DNA of 64,000 nt. Origin: Squalus acanthias. Taxonomy: Eukaryota. Shown here piece after piece: positions 49,701 through 61,700 of the stretch. How positions within the stretch are numbered: the first letter of the stretch is position 1; each line of letters starts with the position of its first letter. The notes beneath the pieces were generated by a model, which worked only from the letters and a program-made list of their open reading frames with translations, was not told the DNA's origin and did not search any database. A program made the translations under genes and the position numbers. The stretch is taken from assembly GCA_030390025.1 (NCBI GenBank), contig CM059431.1, positions 155,932,001 through 155,996,000 on the forward strand, written 5' to 3'.

Positions 49701-52700
49701 GACGACACAGAGTGTCAGAGTACCGTGGACTAAACAGACTATCAGAGTACCCTGGACAACACAGAGTGTCAGAGTACCGTGGGCTACACAGAGTGACAAG
49801 GTACACTGGGCATTACAGAGTGTCAGAGTACCTGGACTACAAAGAGTGTCAGAGTACCGTGGACTAAACAGAGTGACAGAGTACCCTGGACTACACAGAG
49901 TGTCAGAGTACCGTGGGCTACACAGAGTGACAGAGTACCTTGGACTACACAGAGTGTCAGAGTGCCGTGGACGAAACAGAGTGTCAGAGTGCCGTGGATT
50001 AAAAAGAGTGTCAGAGTTCCTTGGACGACACAGAGTGTCAGAGTACCGTGGACTAAACAGAGTATCAGAGTACCCTGGACTACACAGAGTGTCAGAGTAC
50101 CGTGGGCTACACAGAGTGACAGAGTACCTTGGACTACACAGAGTGTCAGAGTGCCGTGGACGAAACAGAGTGTCAGAGAACCCTGGACTACACAGAGTGT
50201 CAGAGTACCTTGGACTGCACAGAGTGTCAGAGTATCCTGGGCTACACAGAGTGTCAGAGTGCCTTGGACTACACAGAGTGTCAGAGTACCCTGGACTACA
50301 CAGAGTGTCAGAGTACCTTGGACTAAACAGAGTGTCAGAGTAACGTGGGCTACACAGAGTGACAGAGTACACTGGGCTACCCAGAGTGTCAGAGTACCCT
50401 GGACTACACAGAGTGTCAGTGTACCGTGGTCTAAACAGCGTGTCAGAGCACCCTGGACTACACAGATTGTCAGAGTGCCTTGGACTACAATGAGTGTCAG
50501 AGTACCTTGGACTACACAGAATGTCAGAGTACCTTGGACTAGACAGAGTGTCAGAGTACCGTGGTCGAAAAAAAGTGTCAGAGTACCCTGGACTACACAG
50601 AGTGTCAGAGTAACCTGGACTACACAGAGTGTCAAAGAACCCTGGACTACACAGAGTGTCAGAGTACCTTGGACTACACAGAATGTCAGAGTACCCTGGG
50701 CTACACAGACTGTCAGAGTGCCTTGGACTGCACAGAGTGTCAGAGTACCCTGGACTGCACAGAGTGTCAGAGTACCGTGGGCGACACAAAGTGTCAGAGT
50801 AACGTGGGCTAAACAGAGTGTCAGAGTACCCTGGTCTACACAGTTTGTCAGAGAACCGTGTGCTACACAGAGTGTCAGAATACATTGGACTACACAGAGT
50901 GTCAGAGAACCCTGGACTACACAAAGTGTCAGAGTTCCCTGGACTACAGAGAGTGTCAGAGTACCTTGGACTGCACAGAGTTTCAGAGTACCGTGTACTA
51001 CACAGAGTGTCAGAGTACCCTGGACTACACAGAGTTTCAGAGAACCCTGTACTACACAGAGTGTCAGAGTAACATGGACTACACAGAGTGTCAGAGTACC
51101 GTGGACTACACAGAGTGTCAGAGTACCTTGGACTACACAGTGTGTCAGAGTACCGTGGGCTTCACAGAGTGTCAGAGTACACTGGACTGCACAGCGTGTC
51201 AGAGTACCCTGGGCTACACAGAGTGTCAGAGTAGCTTGGACTACTCAGAGTGTCAGAGTACACTGGACTACACAGAGTGTCAGAGTACCCTGGGCTACAC
51301 AGAGTGTCAGAGTACCGTGGACTAAACAGAGTGTCAGAGTAGCCTGGACTACACAGAGTGTCAGAGTCCCGTGTACTACACAGACTGACATAGTACCCTG
51401 GACGACACGAAGTGTCGGAGTTCATTGGACTACACAGAGTGTCAGAGTACCCTGGTCTACACAGAGTGTCAGAATTCCTTGTACTACACAGACTGTCAGA
51501 GTACCCTGGATTATACAGACAATCAGAGAACCCTGGTCTACACAGAGTGTCAGAGTACCTTGGACTACACAGAGTGTCAGTGTACCCTTGACTACACAGC
51601 GTGTCAGAGTGCCTTGGACTACAATGAGTGTCAGAGTACCATGGACTACACAGAGTGTCAGAGTACCTTGGACTACACAGAGTGTCAGAGTACCGTGGTC
51701 GACAAAAAGTGTCAGAGTACCCTGGACAACACAGAGTGTCAGAGTACCCTGGACTACACAGAGTGTCAGAGAACCCTGGACTACACAGAGTGTCAGAGTA
51801 CCTTGGACTACACAGAGTGTCAGAGTACCCTGGGCTACACAGACTGTCAGAGTGCCTTGGACTGCACAGAGTGTCAGTGTACCCTGGACTACACAGAGTG
51901 TCAGGGTACCGTGAGCTAAACAAAGTGTCAGAGTAACGTGGGCTAAACAGAGTGTCAGAGTACCCTGGACTACACAGTTTGTCAGAGAACCGTGGGCTAC
52001 ACAGAGTGTCAGAATACATTGGACTACAGAGAGTGTCAGAGTACCCTGGACTACACAGAGTGTCAGAGTACCCTGTACTACACAAAGTGTCAGAGTACCC
52101 TGGACTACAGAGAGTGTCAGAGTACCTTGGACTGCACAGAGTTTCAGAGTACCGTGTACTACACAGAGTGTCAGAGTACCCTGGACTACACAGAGTTTCA
52201 GAGTACCCTGGACTACACAGAGTGTCAGAGTAACATGGACTACACAGAGTGTCAGAGTAACGTGGACTAAACAGAGTGTCAGAGTACCCTGGACGACACA
52301 GATTGTCAGAGTACAGTGGGCTACACAGAGTGACAGAGTACCTTGGACTATACAGAGTGTCAGAGTGCCGTTTACGAAACAGAGTGTCAGAGTGCCGTGG
52401 ACGAAAAAGAGTTTCAGTGTTCCTTGGACGACACAGAGTGTCAGAGTACCCTGGACTATACAGAGTCTCAAAGTACCGTGGGCTACACAGAGTGTCAGAG
52501 TACCTTGGACTACACAGAGTGTCAGAGTACCCTGGGCTACACAGATTGTCAGAGTGCCTTGGACTAAACAGAGTGTCAGAGTACCCTGAACTACACAGAG
52601 TGTCAGAGTACCTTGGACTACACAGAGTGTCAGAGTAACGTGGGCTACACAGAGTGTCAGAGTACCCTGGGCTACACAGATTGTCAGAGTGCCTTGGACA

Positions 52701-55700
52701 AAACAGAGTGTCAGAGTACCCTGAACTACAAGGAGTGTCAGAGTACCTTGGACTACACAGAGTGTCAGAGTAACGTGGGCTACACAGAGTGACAGAGTAC
52801 ACTGGGCTACCCAGAGTGACAGAGTACCCTGGACTACACAGAGTGTCAGAGTACCGTGGACTAAACAGAGTGTCAGAGTACACTGAACTACACAGAGTGT
52901 CAGAGTACACTGGACTACACTGAGTGTCAGAGTACCCTGGACTACACTTAGTGACAGTGTACCCTGGACTACACAGAGTGTCAGAGAACCCTGGAATACA
53001 CAGAGTGTCAGAGTGCCTTGGACTACACAGAGTGTCAGAGTACCCTGGACTACACAGAGTGTCAGAGTACCCTGGACTACACAGAGTGTCAGAGTACCGT
53101 GGACTAAACAGAGTATCAGAGTACGCAGGACTACACAGAGTGTCAGAGAACCCTGGAATGCACAGAGTGTCAGAGTACACTGGACTACACAGAGTGTCAG
53201 AGTACCGTGGGCTATATAGAGTGTTAGAGTATCCTGGACTACACAAATTGTCAGAGAACCGTGAGTTACACAGAATGTCAGAGTACATTGGACTGCACAG
53301 AGTGTCAGAGTACCCTGGACTACACAGAGTGTCAGACTGCCTTGGACTACATGAATGTCAGAGTACCGTGGGCTGCACAGAGTGTCAGAGTAACCTGGAC
53401 TAAACAGAGTTTCAGAGTTCCTTGGACTACACAGATTGTCAGAGAAACGTGGGCGACAAAGAGTGTCAGATTACCCTGGACTACACAAAGTGTCAGAGTA
53501 CCCTGGACTACACAGAGTGTCAGATTATCCTGGTCTACACAGAGTGTCAGAGTGATTTGGAATACACAGAGTGTCAGAGTTGCTTAGACTGCACAGAGTG
53601 TCAGAGTGCCTTGGACTACATGAATGTCAGAGTACCGTGGGCTGCACAGAGTGTCAGAGTACCTTGGACTAAACAGAGTGTCAGAATACCCTGGACTACA
53701 CAGTGTGTCAGAGTACCGTGGACTAAACAGAGTGTCAGAGTACCCAGTACTACACAGAGTGTCAGAGAACCCTGGACTGCACAGTGTGTCAGAGTACACT
53801 GGACTACACAGATTGTCAGAATACCGTGGGCTAAATAGAGTGTCAGTGTATCCTGGACTGCACAAATTGTCAGAGACCCGTGAGTTACACAGAGTGTCAG
53901 AATACATTGGACTACACAGAGTGTCAGAGTAACCTGGACTACACAGAGTGTCAGAGTACCTTGGACTGCACAGAGTGCCAGAGTACCTTGGACTAAACAG
54001 AGTGTCAGAATACCCTGGACTACAGAGAGTGTCAGAGTTCCGTGGACTAAACAGAGTTTCAGAGTTCCTTGGACTACACAGATTGTCAGAGAAACGTGTG
54101 CGACAAAGAGTGTCAGATTACCCTGGACTACACAGAGTGTCAGATTATCCTGGTCTACACAGAGTGTCAGAGTGATTTGGAAAACACAGAGTGTCAGAGT
54201 AGCTTGGACTGCACAGAGTGTCAGAGTACCGTGGACGAAACAGAGTTTCAGAGTACCCTGGACTGCACAGAGTTTCAGAGTACCGTGTAATAAACAGAGT
54301 GTCAGAGTACCCTGGACTACACAGAGTTTCAGAGTACCCTGGACTACACAGAGTGTCAGAGTAACATGGACTACACAGAGTGTCAGAGTTCCGTGGGCTA
54401 CACAGAGTGACAGAGTACCTTGGACTACACAGAGTGTCAGAGTCCCGTGGACGAAACAGGGTGTCAGAGTGCCGTGGACGAAAAAGAGTGTCAGACTTCC
54501 TTGGACGACACAGAGTGACAGAGTACCTTGGACTACACAGAGTGTCAGAGTGCCGTGGACTACACAGAGTGTCAGAGTGCCCTGGAATACACAGAGTGTC
54601 AGAGAACACTGGACTACAAAGAGTGTCAGAGTACCTTGGACTACACAGAGTGTCAGAGTACCCTGGGCTACACAGATTGTCAGAGTGCCTTGGACTACAC
54701 AGAGTGTCAGAGTACCCTGGACTACACAGAGTGTCAGAGTACCTTGGACTACACAGAGTGTCAGAGCAACGTGGGCTACACAGAGTGACAGAGTACACTG
54801 GGCTACCCAGAGTGTCAGATTACACTGGACTACACAGAGTGTCAGAGTACCGTGTACTAAACAGAGTGTCAGAGTACCATGAACTACACAGAGTGTCAGA
54901 GTACCCTGGAATACACAGAGTGTCAGAGAACCCTGGACTACACAGAGTGTCAGAGTACCGTGGACTAAACAGAGTGTCAGAGTACCCAGGACTACACAGA
55001 GTGTCAGAGAACCCTGGACTGCACAGATTGTCAGAGAACACTGGACTACACAGAGTGTCAGAGTACCGTGGGCTAAATAGAGTGTCAGAGTATCCTGGAC
55101 TACACAAATTGTCAGAGAACCGTGAGTTACACAGAATGTCAGAATACATTGGACTACACAGAGTGTCAGAGTAACCTGGACTACACAGAGTGTCAGAGTA
55201 CCTTGGACTGCACAGAGTGTCAGAGTACCTTGGACTGCACAGAGTGTCAGCGTACCCTGGACTACACAGAGTGTCAGAGTGCCTTGGACTACATGAATGT
55301 CAGAGTACCGTGGGCTGCACAGAGTGTCAGAGTACCTTGGACTAAACAGAGTGTCAGAATACCCTGGACTACAGAGAGTGTCAGAGTTCCGTGGACTAAA
55401 CAGAGTTTCAGAGTTCCTTGGACTACACAGATTGTCAGAGAAACGTGGGCGACAAAGAGTGTCAGATTAGCCTGGACTACACAGAGTGTCAGAGTACCCT
55501 GGACTACACAGAGTGTCAGAGTACCCTGTACTACACAAAGTTTCAGATTATCCTGGACTACAGAGAGTGTCAGAGTACCTTGGACTGTACAGAGTTTCAG
55601 AGTACCGTGTACTACAAAGAGTGTCAGAGTACCTTGGACTGCACAGAGTGTCAGAGTACCGTGGGCTACACAGAGTGACAGAGTACCTTGGACTACACAG

Positions 55701-58700
55701 AGTGTCAGAGTGCAGTGGACGAAACAGAGTGTCAGAGTGCCGTGGACTAAACAGAGTGTCAGAGTACCCTGAACTACACAGAGAGTCAGAGTACACTGGA
55801 CTACACTGAGTGTCAGAGTACCCTGGAGTACACAGAGTGACAGAGTACCCTGGACTACACAGAGTGTTAGCGTACCCTGGACTACAGAGTGTCAGAGAAC
55901 CCTGGACTACACAGAGTGTCAGAGTACCTTGGACTACACAGAGTGTCAGAGTACCCTGGACTGCACAGAGTGTCAGAGTACACTGGACTACACAGAGTTT
56001 CAGAGTACCGTGGGCTAAATAGAGTGTCAGAGTATCCTGGACTACACAAATTGTCAGAGAACCGTGAGTTACACAGAATGTCAGAATACATTGGACTACA
56101 CAGAGTGTCAGAGTAACCTGGACTACACAGAGTGTCAGAGTACCTTGGACTGCACAGAGTGTCAGAGTACCTTGGACTGCACATGTGTCAGCGTACCCTG
56201 GACTACACAGAGTGTCAGAGTGCCTTGGACTACATGAATGTCAGAGTACCGTGGGCTGCACAGAGTGTCAGAGGACCCTGGATTACACAGAGTGTCAGAG
56301 TAGTTTGGACTACACAGAGTGTCAGAGTACCGTGGGCTACACAGAGTGACAGAGTACCCTGGACTACACGGAGTGTCAGAGCTCCTTGGACTACACAGAG
56401 TGTCAGAGTACCGTGGACTACACAGAGTGACAGAGTACCCTGGATTACACGGTGTGTCAGAGTTCCTTGGACTACACAGAGTGTCAGAGTACCTTGGACT
56501 ACGCAGACTGTCAGAGAACCGTGGGCCACACAGAGTGACAGAGTACCCTGGACTACACAGAGTGTTAGCGTACCCTGGACTACAGAGTGTCAGAGAACCC
56601 TGGACTACACAGAGTGTCAGAGTACCTTGGACTACACAGAGTGTCAGAGTACCCTGGGCTACACAGACTGTCAGAGTGCCTTGGACTGCACAGAGTGTCA
56701 GAGTACCCTGGACTGCACAGAGTGTCAGAGTACCGTGGGCTACACAAAGTGTCAGAGTAACGTGGGCTAAACAGAGTGTCAGAATACATTGGACTACACA
56801 GAGTGTCAGAGTACCCTGGACTACACAAAGTGTCAGAGTACCCTGGACTACAGAGAGTGTCAGAGTACCTTGGACTGCACAGAGTTTCAGAGTACCGTGT
56901 ACTACACAGAGTGTCAGAGTACCCTGGACGACACAGAGTTTCAGAGTACCCTGTACTACACAGAGTGTCAGAGTGCCGTGGACGAAAAAGAGTGTCAGAG
57001 TTCCTTGGACGACACAGAGTGACAGAGTACCTTGGACTACACAGAGTGTCAGAGTGCCGTGGACGAAACAGAGTGTCAGAGTGCCCTGGACTACACAGAG
57101 TGTCAGAGAACACTGGACTACAAAGAGTGTCAGAGTACCTTGGACTACACAGAGTGTCAGAGTACCCTGGGCTACACAGATTGTCAGAGTGCCTTGGACT
57201 ACACAGAGTGTCAGAGTACCCTGGACTACACAGAGTGTCAGAGTACCTTGGACTACACAGAGTGTCAGTGCAACGTGGGCTACACAGAGTGACAGAGTAC
57301 ACTGGGCTACCCAGAATGTTAGATTACCCTGGATACACAGAGTGTCAGAGTACCGTGGACTAAACAGAGTGTCAGAGTACCCTGAACTACACAGAGAGTC
57401 AGAGTACACTGGACTACACTGAGTGTCAGAGTACCCTGGAGTACACATAGTGTCAGAGTGCCTTGGACTTCACAGAGTGTCAGAGTACCCTGGACTACAC
57501 AGAGTGTCAGAGTACCGTGGACTACACAGAGTGACAGAGTACCCTGGATTACACGGTGTGTCAGAGTTCCTTGGACTACACAGAGTGTCAGGGTACCTTG
57601 GACTACGCAGACTGTCAGAGAACCGTGGGCTACACAGAGTGACAGAGTACCCTGGACTACACAGAGTGTTAGCGTACCCTGGACTACAGAGTGTCAGAGA
57701 ACCCTGGACTACACAGAGTGTCAGAGTACCTTGGACTACACAGAGTGTCAGAGTACCCTGGACTGCACAGAGTGTCAGAGTACACTGGACTACACAGAGT
57801 GTCAGAGTACCGTGGGCTAAATAGAGTGTCAGAGTATCCTGGACTACACAAATTGTCAGAGAACCGTGAGTTACACAGAATGTCAGAATACATTGGACTA
57901 CACAGAGTGTCAGAGTAACCTGGACTACACAGAGTGTCAGAGTACCTTGGACTGCACAGAGTGTCAGAGTACCTTGGACTGCACATGTGTCAGCGTACCC
58001 TGGACTACACAGAGTGTCAGAGTGCCTTGGACTACATGAATGTCAGAGTACCGTGGACTACACAGAGTGTCAGAGTACCCTGGAGCAACACAGGGTGTCA
58101 GAGTACCCTGGACTACACGGAGTGTCAGAGTTCCTTGGACTACACAGAGTGTCAGAGTACCGTGGACTACACAGAGTGACAGAGTACCCTGGATTACACG
58201 GTGTGTCAGAGTTCCTTGGACTACACAGAGTGTCAGAGTACCTTGGACTACGCAGACTGTCAGAGAACCGTGGGCTACACAGAGTGACAGAGTACCTGGA
58301 CTACACAGAGTGTTAGCGTACACTGGACTACAGAGTGTCAGAGAACCCTGGACTACACAGACTGTCAGAGTGCCTTGGATTGCACAGAGTGTCAGAGTAC
58401 CTTGGACTGCACATGTGTCAGCGTACCCTGGACCACACAGAGTGTCAGAGAACCCTGGACTACACAGAGTGTCAGAGAACCCTGGAATACACAGAGTGTC
58501 AGAGAACCCTGGACTACACAGAGTGTCAGAGAACCCTGGACTAAACAGAGTGTCAGAGTACCCAGGACTACACAGAGTGTCAGAGAACCCTGGACTGCAC
58601 AGATTGTCAGAGAACACTGGACTACACAGAGTGTCAGAGTACCGTGGGCTAAATAGAGTGTCAGAGTATCCTGGACTACACAGAGTGTCAGAGAACCGTG

Positions 58701-61700
58701 GGCTACACAGAGAGTCAGAATACTTTGGACTACACAGAGTGTCAGAGTACCCTGGACTACACAGAGTGTCAGAGTACCCTGTACTACACAAAGTGTCAGA
58801 GTACCCTGGACTACAGAGAGTGTCAGAGTACCTTGGACTGCAACAGAGTTTCAGAGTACCGTGGACTACACAGAGTGTCAGAGTACCCTGGACTACACAG
58901 AGTTTCAGAGTACCCTGGACTACACAGAGTGCCAGAGTAACATGGACGACACAGAGTGTCAGAGTACCGTGGACTATACAGAGTGTCAGAGTACAATGGA
59001 CTACACAGAGTGTCAGAGTACCGTGGGCTACACAGAGTGACAGAGTACCTTGGACTACACAGAGTGTCAGAGTGCCGTGGACGAAACAGAGTGTCAGAGT
59101 GCCGTGGACGAAAAAGAGTGTCAGAGTATCTTGGACGACACAGAGTGTCAGAGTAACCTGGACTACATAGAGTGTCAGAGTACCGTGGGCTACACAGAGT
59201 GACAGAGTACCTTGGACTACACAGAGTGTCAGAGTGCCGTGGACGAAACAGAGTGTCAGAGTACCCTGGACTACACAGAGTGTCAGAGAACACTGGACTA
59301 CAAAGAGTGTCAGACTACCTTGGACGACACAGAGTGTCAGAGTACCCTGGGCTACGCAGATTGTCAGAGTGCCTTGGACTACACAGAGTGTCAGATTGTC
59401 AGAGTACCCTGGACTACACAGAGTGTCAGAATACCTTGGACTACACAGAGTGTCAGAGTAACTTGGGCTACACAGAGTGACAGAGTACACTGGGCTACCC
59501 AGAGTGTCAGATTACCCTGGACTACACAGAGTGTCAGAGTACCGTGGACTAAACAGAGTTTCAGAGTACCCTGAACTACACAGAGTGTCAGAGTACACTG
59601 GACTACACTGAGTGTCAGAGTACCCTGGACTACACATAGTGACAGAGTACCCTGGACTACACAGAGTGTCAGAGAACCCTGGACTACACAGAGTGTCAGA
59701 GTGCCTTGGACTACACAGAGTGTTAGAGTACTCTGGACTACACAGAGTGTCAGAGAACCCTGGACTACACAGAGTTTCAGAGTACCGTTGACTAAACAGA
59801 GTGTCAGAGTACCCAGGACTACACAGAGTGTCAGAGTACCGTGGGCTAAATAGAGTGTCAGAGTATCCTGGACTACACAAATTGTCAGAGAACCGTGAGT
59901 TACACAGAGTGTCAGAATACATTGGACTACACAGAGTGTCAGAGTAACCTGTATTACACAGAGTGTCAGAGTATCTTGGACTGCACAGAGTGTCAGAGTA
60001 CCTTGGACTGCACAAAGTGTCAGCGTACTCTGGACTACACAGTGTGTCAGAGTGCCTTGGACGACATGAATGTCAGAGTACCGTGGTCTGCACAGAGAGT
60101 CAGAGTACCTTGGACTAAACAGAGTGTCAGAATACCCTGGACTACACAGAGTGTCAGAGTACCGTGGACTAAACAGAGTGTCAGAATACCCAGGACTACA
60201 CAGAGTGTCAGAGAACCCTGGACTACACAGATTGTCAGAATACCGTGGGCTAAATAGAGTGTCAGAGTATCCTGGACTACACAAATTGTCAGAGAACCGT
60301 GAGTTACACAGAGTGTCAGAATACATTGGACTACACAGAGTGTCAGTGTAACCTGGACTACACAGAGTGTCAGAGTACCTTGGACTGCACAGAGTGTCAG
60401 AGTACCCTGGACTACACAGAGTGTCAGAGTACCTTGGACTACACAGAGCGTCAGAGTACCGTGGGCTACACATCGTGACAGAGTACCCTGGACTACACGG
60501 AGTGTCAGAGTTCCTTGGACTACACAGAGTGTCAGAGTACCGTGGACTACACAGAGTGACAGAGTACCCTGGATTACACGGTGTGTCAGAGTTCCTTGGA
60601 CTACACAGAGTGTCAGAGTACCTTGGACTACGCAGACTGTCAGAGAACCGTGGGCTACACAGAGTGACAGAGTACACTGGTCTACACAGAGTGTCAGAGT
60701 ACCTTGGACTACACAGAGTGACAGAGTACCGTTGCCCACACAGAGTGACAAGGTACACTGGGCTACACAGATTGTAAGAGTACCCTGGACTAAACAGAGT
60801 GTCAGAGTGACGTGGGCTACACAGAGTGTCAGAGTAACTTGGACTACACAGAGTGTCAGAGTCCCGTGTGCTACACAGAGTGACAGAGTACCCTGGACTA
60901 CACGGAGTGTCGGAGTTCATTCTTCTACACAGAGTGTCAGAGTACCGTGGGCTACACAGAGTGACAGGGTCCACTGGGCTACCATGATTGTAAGAGTACC
61001 CTGGACTGCACAGAGTACCAGAGAACCCTGGTCTACACAGAGTGTCAGAGTACCCTGGACTACACAGAGTGTCCGATGACCCTGGACTACACAGAGTACC
61101 AGAGTACCCTGGACTACACACAGTGTCAGTGTACCTTGGGCTGCACAGAGTCTCAGAGTACCGTGGACTACAAAGAGTGTCAGAGTACCCTGGATTACAC
61201 AGACAGTCAGAGTGCCCTGGACTACACAGAGTTTCCGAGTACCCTGGACTAGACAGAGTGTCAGAGTACCCTGGACTACACACAGTGTCAGTGTACCTTG
61301 GGCTACACAGAGTGTCAGAGTACCCTGTACAACACAGAGCGCCGGAGTACACTGGACTACACAGAGTGGCTGAGTAACCTGGACTACATAGAGTGTCACA
61401 GGGTCTTGGACTACACACAGTGTTAGGGTATCCTGGACTGCAAAGAGTTTCAGCGTACCATGGACTACACAGAGTGCCAGACTACCCTGGACTACACAGA
61501 GTTTCAGAGTACCTTGGACCACACATAGTGTCAGAGAACCGTGACTAAACAGAGTTTTAGAGTACCTTGGACTACGCAGAGTGTCAGAGAACCGTGGGCT
61601 ACACAGAGTGTCAGAGTACCCTGGACTACACAGAGTGTCAGAGTACCCTGGACTACACAGAGTCTGAGAGTACCCTGGACTACACAGAGTGTCAGAGTAA